Part shown: piece by piece, positions 27,343 to 42,052 of the stretch | Layout of the letters: each line of letters starts with the position of its first letter | Position numbering within the stretch: position 1 is the first letter of the stretch | DNA from: Chrysomallon squamiferum | Taxonomy: Eukaryota > Animalia > Mollusca | Assembly (NCBI GenBank): GCA_012295275.1 | Contig: CM022675.1 | Span: 13,516,001 to 13,580,000 of the forward strand | DNA length: 64,000 bases | Direction of reading: 5' to 3' | The notes under the pieces: model-generated | What the model was told of the DNA's origin: nothing | What the model saw: only the letters and a program-made list of their open reading frames with translations | The model's database searches: none | Program-made: the position numbers and the translations under genes

Positions 27343-29080
27343 TCAGAAAAGAAAATACAAATTATTGGATAAATAAAACAAAAACAAATAGAAAACCATA
27401 AAAGAACAAAGAAAGAAAGAAAGAAAGAAAGAAAAAGAAAGAAAGAAAGAAAAGAAAAGAAAAGACATTTAGAAAATTGAAAAGAGATACACTTTATGAT
27501 ATTATCAGAAATGATCATATTTCCCGGAAGATTAGCATAATCTTTATTTTATTTTATTTTATTTTATTTTATTTTATTTTATTATATTATATTTTTATAT
27601 TTTATTTTATTTTATTTTATTTTATTTTATTTTATTTTATTTTATTTTATTTTATTTATTTATTTATTTGTTTATTTATTTATTTATTTATTTACTGTAT
27701 CTCTGTAATCAACGTTTATTCTCAGTATTTCAAATAATGACAGACAGTAAACGTAACCTTTTTTTCTTTCACGCAAAGAAATCAAAATTAAATAAATAAA
27801 TATAGCAGAGTACAAAAAGTGGAAGAGTCAAAAAAAAAGAAGAAGAAAACTTAGGGAAAAAAAACATTAAACGTTTAAAAAAAGAGGAAAAATCAAATTA
27901 TCTGCCTGCTGAAATCGTTGTATTATTCCATGGACAAAATTTCCCCAGGGTTTTCTAAAAGTAAGTGCCTGGACAAAGAGAGAAAGAAATTAAATAAAAT
28001 CAGAGGAATTATCTTTGGTAAAATTCTGGAATTAAAATCATTCTTAGTTTGATGCTGTTAAGGTAGCTTCACCTTTGAACAATTTGTTAAAACGATTCCC
28101 TACATTGCTTTTGTATTTCATGTGTATTATCATCATCATCATCATCATCATCATTGTTTCTATTGCTTTAGCTGTTGTTGCTATTGTTTCTGTTGTTGTT
28201 GTTGTTGTAGCTGTTGCTGCTGCTGATGATGCTGATATTGATGTTGCCGTTGCTTTTGTATTTGGTGTCGTTGCGATTGCTGCTATTATTAGTGTTAGTA
28301 GTAGTAGTGGTAGTAGCAGCTGACGTTGGTGTTGAGATGGTTTTAGTTGTACATAAAATTTTACATAAACAGCAACATGCATCATAGAGACATGGTTCGT
28401 TAATGAAAAATTGGCAAATTTATTTATTAAGACAGATTAAATAATTTGTTGGAACAATGTTTTTGTTTTTTCCCCTCCTTATCAAGCTAGGTCTATTCTT
28501 TCATGAATTATACATCTAAAGTCACTTTATACACTTCAATTTGCTGTAACGATTTTTTGGACACATTTCCAACGGGATAAATAAGATCAATGACAAAGAT
28601 AATTACATCGATATACGATATCACGCACATATCAGAAAGACAAAATTCATTAGCAACCGTAAGTTTTAGTCATAAAATGAACTGCTGGCGATTTTAAATC
28701 GATTATCGCTCGAGGTTGATAAATGGCTTATGACGTCATCATGTTTGATATGCGTATTAAATTAGATATTCAATACGTCGAGAAATTAAGTCGTCGAAAT
28801 CCACCTACGACCGAGAACAGTTCGAGAGCTGGATAAACGTGAAACGGAATACGTGATTTTTGTCATGGGATTATCTACGTGAAAGCGTGCACCACCACGC
28901 GTGACTATCCAGGCTCAGAGACTGGTTGCAAAGCGGGAGAACTAATACGACGTATTGATTGATTTACGTACTCAGTTTACCACACATCAAAGCTTCGCTT
29001 AACGACACCCGAGTGATCGGCTGATTAATTTTCTATCAGCAGCTTCAGAATGTCAAATGTAAATAAATGTTAGAAAACAA

Positions 29081-29215
29081 CATGACTGTTAAACAACATG
29101 ACAGTTAAACTACTGAAAGTTAAACTACTGACAGTCAAACTACTGAAAGTTAAACTACTGACAGTCAAACTACTGACAGTTAAAGTACTGACAGTCAAAC
29201 TGCTGACAGTTAAAC
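29081..29215. repeat. 15-bp minisatellite (TACTGACAGTYAAAC), about 8-9 copies
   Basis: tactgaaagttaaac / tactgacagtcaaac units visible, partly alternating as a 30-bp dimer. Confidence 0.93.
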
Positions 29216-30157
29216 ATTTGTTCAGTAACAGCACCAGTGGTTTTTCAAACATCAGCGATTGAAAGTCAAGTACCGATGGAAGATAATATATTTTAATTTA
29301 CGTCAACGAGTTTTGGATGTCATAAATTTACCAGCTCGTTAACACGTTTGTTTATGTGTCACGGATGAACGCGCTGTGTTTACCTTAGTGTCTGTTAGTG
29401 TGTTTTCGTCAGCGTGTGATTGTATGTATACATTTGCACGTGAATATATACAAATATATATCTTCGTTTGTCTGTTTGTCTATATATCTATTTGTCTGTC
29501 TGTTTATCTGTGGATATTAGACAATTCAACTTGCTTTATCTAAGAAATCGTTTCTCGAAATCGCGCCGTGTTAACGCGGTACCGAACATCGGTTGTGTTT
29601 TGAAGTGGGCAGAACTGCTGATTTTATTAAATACAAAGCAGAAGATGAATAAGAATTATACGTAATTACATTTGAAATCCCGAGAGAGGACAGTCAGCGT
29701 TCAATCATGTATTGCTTTAATATGACACCGCTATTTCTATACTGTTATTAACCTCCGCCATTTTCACTCAGTCAGTAGGAGTACATATGGACATATGTAC
29801 GGATGCACAAACATGAATATAAACACATACAAACATACAAAAACACACAAACAGAGATATATAGACACATACACATACACACACATATATACATGATTGT
29901 ATGCGCACTCACATACGCACATAACATACGCAAGTACGTACGTTCTCAGACAGAGAGAGAGAGAGAGACGGATGGACTGATGGATATATACTAACACAAT
30001 GGTCTCAGGCAAAGACAAATCATATTATTCAAAAGGTTACCGAGTTCGACCGAATTTTGCCGAAAGCATGGAAATGTTTTGAGCTTCACGTTTTGTTTAC
30101 TTTTAGTAAAAATATTCGTTTATGTATCATCTGTATTCACATCAGAAATAGATGATT

Positions 30158-30777
30158 AACAACAGCAACAACAATAACAACAGTAACAACAACAGCAACA
30201 GTAATAATAATAATAATAATAACAACAACAACAACAACAATAATAATAATAACAATGATACTAATAATAAAGGTAACGGCAATACTAATAATAATAATAA
30301 TAGTAGTAGTAGTAGTAGTAGTAACAGCAACAGCAACAGCACCAGTGGGCTATCTCGTGTTTCACTGGTTATATGATGCTGCGTACTTCATATAAATTAA
30401 ATATTATGCTGTTGATGCAGCAAGATTTGTTTGAGTGAAATTAGCTGAAAACAAGTCAACCGAGACGAAGAAAGTGCAGCTAAAAGAGCGAAATAAATAA
30501 ATAAACAGTGGCAGTGGGTGTAATAATAATAACAGTAGTAATAGTAATAATGATGATAATCATCATCATCATCATCATCATGATAATAGTAATAATAATA
30601 ATAATGATGATAATAATGATGATGATGATGATAATAGTAATAATAATAATAATAATTATTATAATCATAATCATAATAATGACAACAATAACAATAAGAA
30701 GAGGAAAAAAGAAGAATTACAATAACGACAGTAACACCGACAACGGCAGAACAAAAATGATTATTATTATTATTATT

Positions 30778-30819
<42 letters not shown>

Positions 30820-30841
30820 ATCATCATCATCATCATCATCA

Positions 30842-30894
<53 letters not shown>

Positions 30895-30895
30895 G
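30158..30895. repeat. Compound trinucleotide SSR region (CAA/TAA/TAG, then TAA/TGA, then TTA/TTG/TCA)
   Basis: Visible, with a short unique interruption at about 30340-30500. Confidence 0.92.
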
Positions 30896-32503
30896 CTTGA
30901 AATTCTATCAGCAAAATAATTACCATACAAACACTGAAGGCAAGTATAATTTTTTCTTTTCTTTTCTTTAATTTTACTTTTCTTTTTTTCTTTTCTTTCA
31001 CTTTTCTTTTCTCTTTTAAACTCCATCCATTCCCCACTTCGCCCCCCACTACTCCTTATGCGCTGAGTAACTGAAAGTACACATCATTTATTTTTTTTTT
31101 TTAAATAAGCAGTGCGAACATAACGAGTCTGCATGTTCGGTACAACTCGGTTAATTCCGCTACCTCAGACGAGCGTCACGACCGAGTGTCGCCCAAGGAC
31201 GGACTTACACGATACATTATCGACAAGATGTCAGGCTGCTATGAAAAGTAAATGAAATAATTATTTTAGACCGATACTGAAAGACAGGAGAAGAAAGGGA
31301 AAGACGAAAAAGAAAAATATGGATTAAAAAAAAAAAAGAATAATAATAATAATAATAAAAAAATAAATGGAAAATGGAAAGAATTCTTATTAACGGGAGA
31401 TTTTTTTATTTTTTTTTTCGTTTAGATTTGTTATTTATAAATGTAAAATCGAATATTATGTGACTGTTTGTTTGTACGTATGTGTCTGTGTGTGTGTGAG
31501 TCTGTGTACATGTATGCATGTATGTATGTATGTATGTCTATATGTATGTATGTGTATGTGTGTTTATGTACGTATAGTGTAAAAGGTTTATAATTAGAAT
31601 TACACGTATGATGAATATTACACAACATACGGGGAGCGAAATTCGGAAACACATTTTAACGTGAAAAATGTAAAAACGAATTAATCATATATATAAACAG
31701 AAGAAGAAGAAGAAGAAGAAGAAGAAGAAGAAGAAGAAGAAGAAAAACAACAACATGAAAAGATTATTTTATAATAAGAGGGGGAAAAACAAACAACGTA
31801 ATATGTAATGAATTTCGAGAGAAGATTTTCTAAAGTGTAAAAAGTAATGTTTTTTACTTCAGTGAGCAACGTTTACAAAATCTCTCCTTATTACAAGCAC
31901 GACGTTCCGCCATGTTTGTTTATTTACACACAAAACACGGCTACGTCTTGCTCAAGTGGGGTTTGTAATTGTGACGACCGAGTGTTGCCTGCGGCGGGTT
32001 TGCGCGCGTTTCCGATATTGACCCGGCAATATGAACTACATCGTCTCCAAAATGACTTCGCGCCAGTCCTGTTTGTACAGTTACGAGAGTGAATGACGAA
32101 TAACTGAAGAGAAAAGCTCGTTATGTTGTTTCAAGTCTCTTGATAAAATGAAGATGAAAATGTTTTATACATAATATTGGCTTCCTTTTATTTATCTCCT
32201 TAAGAAAAAAGAAAGAAAGAAAAAAAAAAAAAAAGAAAAAAAAAAGATAAATCTATTACACACGATTTCTTTTTCTTTGTAGATGTAAATAATTAATAAA
32301 ATGAAAATAAAATAAAATAAAATAAAATATAATAAAATAAATGTAATGTAAAATAAAAATAAAAATAAAATAAATATTACCTTTTTAACTGTGTGGGACA
32401 TTCCCAAGTAATCATGCATGATAATTAAACTACGTCAGTGTTGTTATAATATTACGTCACTTAACATTACGTCATCAAATAATGGTGAATGATATTTACT
32501 AAC

Positions 32504-32557
<54 letters not shown>

Positions 32558-33180
32558 ATATATAACGAGATGTATAACACACATAATTAAACAGACTCAA
32601 ACACAAAAGAAGAACAGAATGAGAAGCAAATACGTAGACACAAATTATTCATTTCTAACATACTACATTACGCATTAGTGCATTGTGCATTAATGCATTG
32701 AGATCACCCAAGTCGTCTACTTATGACAATTTGTATGTTACACAAATTGTCGGTGTATTATTCAAAGTAGTCTGGCTTCACGAAAATCACAGTTTTTTCC
32801 AAGTCACTCGGTTCTATACTCATCAAATATTAACAAGAACTGCTAAGATTTCAATTACTGCCTAAAGCATCGTTCACACTGAGTGACTTGTCCGATCGAC
32901 CGTGTAGTACGATATTGCATTGCATCGCGAGAAGACGCGAAGTAACGAGAATCTCGTGAAAGACTCGTAAAGCGATTAGAAAACAGTTTGATTCTTATTA
33001 CAAATCACTTAACTTTCAATCAATCATTTTAAAGTTGTTTAAAATTGAGATGAGAGTTTCATTCCTTTATATTCCATTTATATTATAAGTTAATCTTTTC
33101 CTTTTTTTTTTTGTTAAATCTATTTTATTCAAAAACCAAAACTATATTTTTGTTACAAGAAAAAAAAAAAAAAAAAAAAA

Positions 33181-33237
<57 letters not shown>

Positions 33238-33911
33238 CGGCAACAAAAAAAAAAAAAAAAAAAAACATTTTCGTTTCTACAAGCTATTCACTAAAACAAG
33301 CCACTAACGAAAATCACGTAACTATATTTGTTACTACAAATCGTGCCGTATGTACGTGGCTCAATCTTAGATCAAAATATACACGTTTAGCGATGCGTGT
33401 TTCTTTCTTTTTTTTTTTTTTTTTTTTTAAGGACACATTTTTTTTTTTTATGAAAGTTATTGTCAAAGCGAGTCTAGGCAGTCTGTTTGAAAAGGTCAGA
33501 AGAGGACGGGAGGCCAGTGTGTTGTTTTATTATTCAGGAGAAACACGTTAAACACGGACTTCTGGCTTTTAGACCAAATTGACGTTAACGTTTCTGTCAC
33601 GTGCAAATCAAAACAGCCGAAAAAAACGAATGTTGAGTTTTTTAAAACCAGTTTTGACGTTAATGTTTCATTTCGCTGGAAATCTAAATAACGGAACATT
33701 CTTTTTTTAAAAAAAAAAAAAAAAAAAATACGGAAAAAAAAAAAACCAAAGAAAGATAAACAACAAAAAAAGAAGAAGAAGAAATACCGAATTATTGTTT
33801 CAGTTACGTATATTTAGAAAATGTATAATTACTGGTATAAAATTCCAGTTTTCCGTTTATATCTATCTATATCGTTATGTTTATATGTCTGTCTACCTAT
33901 CTATCTATCTA

Positions 33912-33943
<32 letters not shown>

Positions 33944-34058
33944 TCTATCCATCTATCTATATATATATATATATATATATATATTGATAGTTATACATAT
34001 ATGTGTGTGTCTATATAAGTGCGTATGTCTTTAGTAGTTTCTTTAATTATTTATGTAC

Positions 34059-34165
<107 letters not shown>

Positions 34166-34715
34166 ACAGTTATATTTGAGTGTATCTAAACATAGCTGCT
34201 TTCAGTAGAGGGTCATTATGTGAAAATTATTAAAAAAAAAAAAAAAATAAAACAAAAATAAATAAATAAATAAAATAATTTTCTTCGAAATAAATCAACA
34301 GATTCTAATGATGACACGACGACTAACCATCTAACGTTAATAATCTCCTTTATTCCACACCTGTAATCCCATATGATAGCTTCTAATCATAACCTTATAC
34401 CTGTTCATATACATTAAATATTTAATATCGTCCAGAACATTATTAACTGTAATCTTGATAGTTTACATCTCAGGCGCAGACGGGTATTAAGCATCATATC
34501 TCTTACATTTTTAATTTGATTATGTGTCAAACATGGTTACACTATCTCTTGGTTACGATACATTCTACATTTATATATCAGTTGGCACGAGAGTATTAAA
34601 CAGGATACCAGATTATAAATCATGTACACGAATCTGAACGTTCAGTTCGATTACGCGTTACAACTGATAACGACAGAGAAAGTCGGTGATATTATCTACA
34701 TTTACATATCAGTGC

Positions 34716-35480
34716 AGCGCCTGGCTACAATAGCGCCTGGCTACAATAGTGTCTGGCTACAATAGCGTCTGGTTACAATAGCGTCTGGATACAACAGCGA
34801 CTGGCTACAATAGCGTCTGGTTACAATAGTGTCTGGCTACAATAGCGTCTGAATACAACAGTGTATGGCTACAGTGGTGTCTGGCTACAATAGCGTCTGG
34901 TTACAATAGTGTCTGGCTACAATAGTGTCTGGATACAATAGCGTCTTGATACAACAGTGTCTGGCTACAGTGGTGTCTGGCAACAATAGTGTCTGGCTAC
35001 AATAGCGTCTGGTTACAATAGTGCTTGGTTACAATAGTGTCTGGCTATAATAGCGTCTGGTTACAATAATGTCTGGTTACAATAGTGTCTGGATACAATA
35101 GCGTCTTGATACAACAGTGTCTGGCTACAGTGGTGTCTGGCTACAATAGTGTCTGGCTACAATAGCGTCTGGTTACAATAGTGCTTGGTTACAATAGTGT
35201 CTGGCTACAATAGCGTCTGGCTACAACAGTGTCTGGCTACAATAGCGTCTGGTTACAATAGTGTCTGGTTACAATAGTGTCTGGCTACAATAGTGTCTGG
35301 TTACAGTAGTGTCTGGTTACAATAGCGCCTGGCTACAATAGTGTCTGGTTACAACAGTGCTTGGTTACACCAGTGCTTGGCCACGATTTCGCATGTTTAC
35401 GAAAGCGGGTAGTTACGACAGCGCATGGTTACATCAGTGGTTGGTTACATCAGCGCGTGGTTACGTCAGTGTGTGGTTAC
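34716..35480. repeat. 16-bp minisatellite (CTGGYTACAATAGYGT), over 40 copies, decaying at the right end
   Basis: Units read directly, e.g. ctggctacaatagcgt and ctggttacaatagtgt; variant block repeated at offset 160 (34931 vs 35091). Confidence 0.97.
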
Positions 35481-36204
35481 ATGATGACACGTCTGTAATC
35501 TAACTGTGGAGTGCAATAACGAATTTAATTACAGCTGAAAACGGAAACTGTGACAAATGAAATTGTAACTGTCAATATATCGCCGCTAAAAACAGTGTCA
35601 GACAAATCTGTGTCTGTAACCAGGGATATTTGATTTATGACTTCTGTGACAAACCCGTCATTAGTTCATCTCTTCAAAATATCGAGCTATGAAACAAAAT
35701 CTCTGGCAGTTATTTCTCTTCGTGCAAACAGTTTCAAACAGCAAAACGAGTTAAATTAAGAAACAGAACAAAAATGAAGCATTAACTAGATGTCTGTTTT
35801 ATATATATATATATATATATAAATTTGTGGACTACGATATTATTATATATAACTATATAAAAGGAATGGACACTAGTACAAGACGATTAAAAATGGCATA
35901 AATTGTAAACACCGGACTATGTGAAAATAAATAAATAAAATAAAATAAATAAAAATGCTTGCAGATAGGATACTAAATACCAGACGATATAAAAAAGAAG
36001 AAAAAAAAAAAAAAAAAAAAAAAAAAAAAGCAATGTAGAAAGCGATTACTATAATAGTACCGGACATTATAAAAATAATTTGCGGATAAAACAGCAATAC
36101 CGGACCATATAAAACAGCTTGTGAATTGTACAGCAGCAGCATAACCGGATCCTTAAATAATGTATGGAAAAATAAAATTAATGAAAAAAATAATAAATAA
36201 CAAA

Positions 36205-36293
<89 letters not shown>

Positions 36294-37146
36294 TTAAGAA
36301 GAAGAAGAAAGAAAGAAAGAAAGCAGGATGCAGTTTGGATAGCAATGCTTACTTCTCGCTGTCTCTGTTTAAAAACTAACAGTTTTTTTTTTTTTTTTCT
36401 TCGATATTCTTGTTCTAGAATGACTTATGTTTTTGCTGTAACCAATAGCAACAAAATAACGGTGCAAAACTGACACAAACAGCTAATTACATTTCATTAA
36501 ATCCGCAAGTCGCTTTATTTTAAGAAAGCGTGTATTGTAACAAATCATAAAAACAGACTTTAAAACAACTGTAATGTAGTTCATTATTAAAAATGTAGAA
36601 ATAAAAATCTGTAAACTCATTTTTTAGAAACAAACCGCAAAAACCGAAATCAAAAGTATCGCGAAAAATACGTTAATCGAAAACAGTTTAGAAAATTACT
36701 TAGTTGCCCGCGTGCAAATAGTCTTTATATTGATTATACATGGTATATAGACATAAGTTATTAATTAAACATTTAGACCGGCCATTGTCCCCTCATAGTC
36801 CTCTCCAAGATATTAACATAGCCTGATTTTCTTTGTTTTGTTTCTCTTTTCTTTTTCTTTGTTGTTGTTGTTGTTGGTTATTTAAGGGTTTTTTTAAATT
36901 ATTATTTTCTGCGTGTATAGGACTTTCTGTGTGCGTGTCATGGTATGCGGGGTTTTATTTTATTTTTCGTTTTTGTTTTGTTTCACAGGTTTTCATTTTT
37001 TGTTGGTATTGCAGTAACCGACTGGAATAAGATGAATCGTGGAACAAGGTCAAGGTCAAAAACTGAACGCGTGTACGAATCTGAACGCCTTGTTCTCACA
37101 GATTTGATAGTACGACAGAAATATGATAGATCAGTCATTGCTCACG

Positions 37147-37182
<36 letters not shown>

Positions 37183-37617
37183 TTACAGTTCACTGAAGAC
37201 AATTGCTCTGTTCTGAACGCAGCTTTCTGAGAAAATTAATCATTTTATAATTTTGTTTATGTCGATGTAATAACGGACATAAAATAACGTTACCTGTTTG
37301 TAAAGGAAAGATTATTGTATTATATTGTATGTTTTTGTAATGTATTGTTATTATAACTGCATTGTACATTGTATTATGCGCTGTGTTATTGTTACTGTGC
37401 AGTATTTTCTGTTGTACTGTATCGTTATTGTTATTGTAACAGACTGTGCTGAAATGGCTATTGAACAGAATGCTTCTAATATTTTTCCTCATTTTCTTCT
37501 TTTCTTTTCTTTCTATTTATTATTATTATTTTTATATATATATATTTTTAGGATATTTAGGAATGAATTTTCAATCACAAAATAAAAAAAAAAAAAACAA
37601 ACAAACAAACGAACGAA

Positions 37618-37664
<47 letters not shown>

Positions 37665-37696
37665 ATTCCCTTACCTTATACGTTTCTCTCTTTCAG

Positions 37697-38148
37697 GATA
37701 TCCAGTAAAACATTTACTTTGAGTGAAACTTTCTCTGGTTTTTTATTTTTGAAGAAATTATCCATTGAAAACACAAATTCTGGACTCAACAAGTATAACA
37801 ATCCTGCGTCATTCCGCATCAAAATCGAGTTGCAATTTTTAACGTTACTCGCTGCAAAACTACGCCAAGTAATACACGGCTGTCGAGATTTCTGCAGACG
37901 ACAATTTCGTTTCACAGCTCGAGAATCATCTGACGCTGAAAGCTTTCTGCTCTGGCGTGATTTGTCACGAGGAAAGCGTAGAATGTGAGACTCCGAATAA
38001 AGCGAAAACAGACAACGAAACGAAGAGAAATTGCAGACGCATCCAGGGTTTAACGGAATCGCGACGAAATAACTGGTAATAAGCAACACTATTGCATTCG
38101 CCAGCGGTTTTGTCCTACACTCGTATCGATTTGTTGATCCGCTAACAG
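37697..38148 (+). other. Candidate exon with strong-looking splice sites
   Basis: Acceptor cgtttctctctttcAG ends at 37696; donor CAG|GTAAAT after 38148; one frame open about 96 codons to TGA at 37988. No recognisable protein. Confidence 0.2.
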
Positions 38149-38357
38149 GTAAATCGTAGAACTTTACGTAAGGATTTTACGCCACAGTCGCCAGAAATAG
38201 AATCTCTGTGGTGCCAACTGATTTGGCGTAGAGAACCGAGAGATTACGAAAATGTCTCCGAATTATTCCGAACATCAAATTCCTTGTTTTTTTTTTTTTT
38301 TTTTAATTTTTAATTTTTATATATTTTTTAAATTATTATAAATACTTTTTTTCTTTT

Positions 38358-38393
<36 letters not shown>

Positions 38394-39384
38394 CTTCTTT
38401 CTATCGATTCCTTATGATAAATTTCATAAGTAAATGTTGTTTTCGTTGTCTTGCCATTTTTATCATTTTTTTTTTTTTTTTTCTTTTTAGTCACTCGATT
38501 TAATGATCAAACAGTTCTTTAAAAAGAAACACAACAATTCGGCGTCACGTGATCAGAAGGGAAACATAAGAGTGAGTCAGTGAAGAAGAAGATATTGTGC
38601 AGGATCAAAGTTTTAATTATAATGTTAAAATTCTTACAGTCTCCTGTCCTAGCAAACAACGAAGACAAAAGTTCATAGACGCACGTTTCTCGAAGTCACA
38701 TATCTAACGAATCGCTTTCATACCAATCCAAGTTATCAGCTTTTATCTTCAAGAAAAATTAAAAAATCGAAATATGGAAGAAACTACTTCCAGTAATGTA
38801 TATCTCTAGTAGTCAAGTTGTACCAGAAATTTTTTATTTATTTATGTATTTATTTATTGTTGTAGTTGTTGTTTTGTTGTTTTTGTTGTTGTAGATAATG
38901 ATGTTTGCTTTACCTAGTTCAGACGATCTTGTATTGATACAATTTTCATTCTGGGATAGATGAAAACAAATACACCTAAATTTATGGCTAGGTAAATCTA
39001 GAATTTCAATTTGTTTGTCAAGTACCTTACATCAGTTTTTCAGTGGATTAAAAAAAAAAAAAAATTAGTTTCAAATGGGTTTCAGATATCTGTAAACTAT
39101 TTTCTAAATGTTTCCGAAACTGCAGTAGACTTGGGTCCCAAATGATCCTAAGTGAAGTCGATTTTCTAAATTCTTTCTAGACAGAGAAGAGATAATTTAC
39201 ATAAGCGTTCCTGACAATTACACACAATTCTCCAAACACTTGTAAAAATAAAACACAGACTGGATGCCAGTCGCTTGCAAGCTCCAGTCGTTAACTACAG
39301 AACAAGTATTTGTGTACAAAACCAAGATCACCAAGTAAAGTAATGAATTTTCATTTCTCGTTTAAGTACAATCATAGATGATTC

Positions 39385-39765
39385 ATTAACTGTAGATTAC
39401 TCATCAACACTTTTTTTATATATATATATATATAACTGTAGATTATTAATCAGCTGATATTAGTTACTGGAGTTCGTTAATATCGTTCGGTTACTGTAGA
39501 TTATTCATCAACTAGTTTCAGCACAGATGTGTATTCAATCGTCAACTCCTTTTAAAGGAAATGTAGATTAGAACTGTTCATCAGTCATTAATTATTTTTC
39601 AGAGAACTCTAGACGTTTTCTCCATTCGTTTCAAAACAGTAAAATATAATTCATTAACTTTTCTTTTTCTAAGGGAACTGTAGACAATACATCAACTTTT
39701 TCTAAAGGAGCTGTAGATAATTCATCAACTTTTTTTCTAAGGGAACTGTGGATTATTCATCAGCC
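39385..39765. repeat. Degenerate ~35-50-bp repeat with core AACTGTAGATTATTCATCAAC
   Basis: Core recurs at about 39388, 39434, 39492, 39560, 39676, 39710 and 39744; the last three are tandem with a ttttctaaggg linker. Confidence 0.8.
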
Positions 39766-40574
39766 GGCTTGAAGACAAGCGACCGCTGTTTACCAACACG
39801 TTCAGAAGACGGAATCCACAAACGTGTACAACAAATTTCTGGCATACGAATCCGAAACGACTTCCAGACTAATAAATTAGATTAATAGCAAGAATATGAT
39901 TTCAGAAAATAGCTCTTTCGGAGTCGTTTGTTGCGCGTATCGCTTTAATATGTGTCTGTGAGATTGTCTGGAAAAGCTATTGTAAAATCTTCGACCGAAT
40001 GTTTCCGAGGATTAATTGTAACAAAGTCGGGGAATCACGTCAGGGAATTCGCTGTCAAACTCAGGAAAGTTATTCTCTGCCTGTTTGACCTTTGCGTTCT
40101 TTTTGTCCTCGCTTCTTCTTTGAAATATATGTATGGGTGTGTGTGTGTTGAAATTGTGTTAATTTACTACCGGGTTGCTCTCGTCATCATCAACAACACC
40201 TGTAGCAACAGCTGCAGCAGCGACAGCAGCAGCAGCAACAACAGCAGAGTACAGAATGGTCAAACGGAGTAAGACACACGAATTAAGATGTAGGTTATGT
40301 TCCTCTAAATAGAATTTCCTGTTTGTCGGTAATTTCTTTCACAGTCTCTGTTCAGAATTGAAACTTTTGTGTTCGTATATCAAGATGCTTTCAGAATTAA
40401 CGACACCAAAATACGATAGGGTATGCAGCTGTCAAACTACGACAACACCCCGTTAGTTACATACACACACTGTGCTGTTATAAATGACGTTTGGGAATAA
40501 ATACGATCAGATCAAATTCTTCACGCAGTAAGTTTGTAAACTGCAGACTGGTATTACGATCAACAACAACAGCA

Positions 40575-40715
40575 GCTACAGCCACATACAGAACGTTCAC
40601 ACCACCACGACAGCAAATACAGAGAACGTTCAAACTTCAAAACGACAGCAACACACAGAGTGAATGTTCAAACTACAACGACGGCAACACACAGAAATAT
40701 CCAGACTACGACTTC
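40575..40715. repeat. Degenerate ~33-36-bp tandem repeat (ACAGCAACACACAGAGAACGTTCAAACTACAACG-like), about 4 copies
   Basis: acag..acacaga..aacgttcaaac..acg recurs four times. Confidence 0.7.
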
Positions 40716-41512
40716 AGAATCTACAAAACGAAGGTTATGCTTCTTCGGAGTTAGCAGACGACCTGCGATTTCGTTTCAAAGTTTCCAAACACAGCATCCC
40801 CCGTCTGTCTGTCTGTGTGTCTGTGTGTCTGTACGTCTGTGAGTGATTCTGTCCAAGCAAACAGCACCACGCATTAGTGGTCTGCAGTGAGAGCGGCTGT
40901 TTGAGGAATGCTTTACGTTAATTACACACCGAGGGTTATGTACCGGCCCGCGCGCAGGATTTTCGCAATCAATAATTCATCCCCGAATATTCTTTTATGC
41001 TGCTCGGGATTCCAGGCGTGGATCCGCCATCGTCATCATCTTGCTTGTTAACTCCTTAATTTGCAAAAACCAGACCTGAAAGAAATAAAAAAAAAATAAA
41101 AAATTAAAATAAAAAATAAAAAAAAGTGTGTGTAAGATTTATTATTTTATTGATTTTATTAAAATAATTTTTAAAAAATATATATGTACACATATCTAAG
41201 ATTTATTGCTGTAATGGTTTGTTTGAAAGAAAGATAATAATAATAATTGTAAGATTTATTATGAATTATTATTTTAATGATTATGTTAAAAGAATAATTA
41301 TAATAAGAAAAAAAGTTTATGTAAGATTTATTATGTTAATGATTTGATTAAAAGAAAAAAAAAAAAAAATGACTGTATGAATTATTGTTTTAATAATTTC
41401 GCGGCAGTGAAACAAAACGTGCAAGAATGGTTAGTTGAGAAATCTGGTGGGCAGGAAAAATAATTTATAAATAATTGCTATTTCAAAGATTTGGGAAAAC
41501 TGAAAGACAGGA

Positions 41513-41597
41513 GAATGAAAGAAAACAGGAGTAACAGTAACGAAAGTAAGAATGAAAGAAAACAGGAGTAACAGTAACGAAAGTAAGAATGAAAGAA
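41513..41597. repeat. Perfect 37-bp tandem duplication (2.3 copies)
   Basis: gaatgaaagaaaacaggagtaacagtaacgaaagtaa at 41513 and 41550. Confidence 0.93.
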
Positions 41598-41640
41598 CGA
41601 CACAAAGGAAGAAAGAATGGAAGAAACGTTTCGAGGAAGG

Positions 41641-41676
<36 letters not shown>

Positions 41677-41879
41677 TTCTTCAGTGAAATTAATAATCCT
41701 GTCAGTATGATTTATGATGGCATCAAGCCTCGTATTATAAAAGTATCATAGTAACCGTGATAAGATCAGTTTTATATTAATAGTCACAGTAACAGTAGTA
41801 AGATTAATATTTCAATAGTTTCCATAATAACTGCTTTACATTAGTGTTATAACAATAGTCATAGTAAATAGTAATATTA

Positions 41880-41898
41880 TCAGTATTATTATTATTAC

Positions 41899-41929
<31 letters not shown>

Positions 41930-41931
41930 TC

Positions 41932-41972
<41 letters not shown>

Positions 41973-42016
41973 TATTACTATTATTATTATTATTATTATT
42001 ATTACTATTATTATTA

Positions 42017-42052
<36 letters not shown>

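Noticed and set aside
34716-35480. Regular repeat arrays (also 46345-46933 and 39385-39765) considered as CRISPR-like
   Set aside because: Head-to-tail units without unique constant-length spacers, no cas genes, eukaryotic context.
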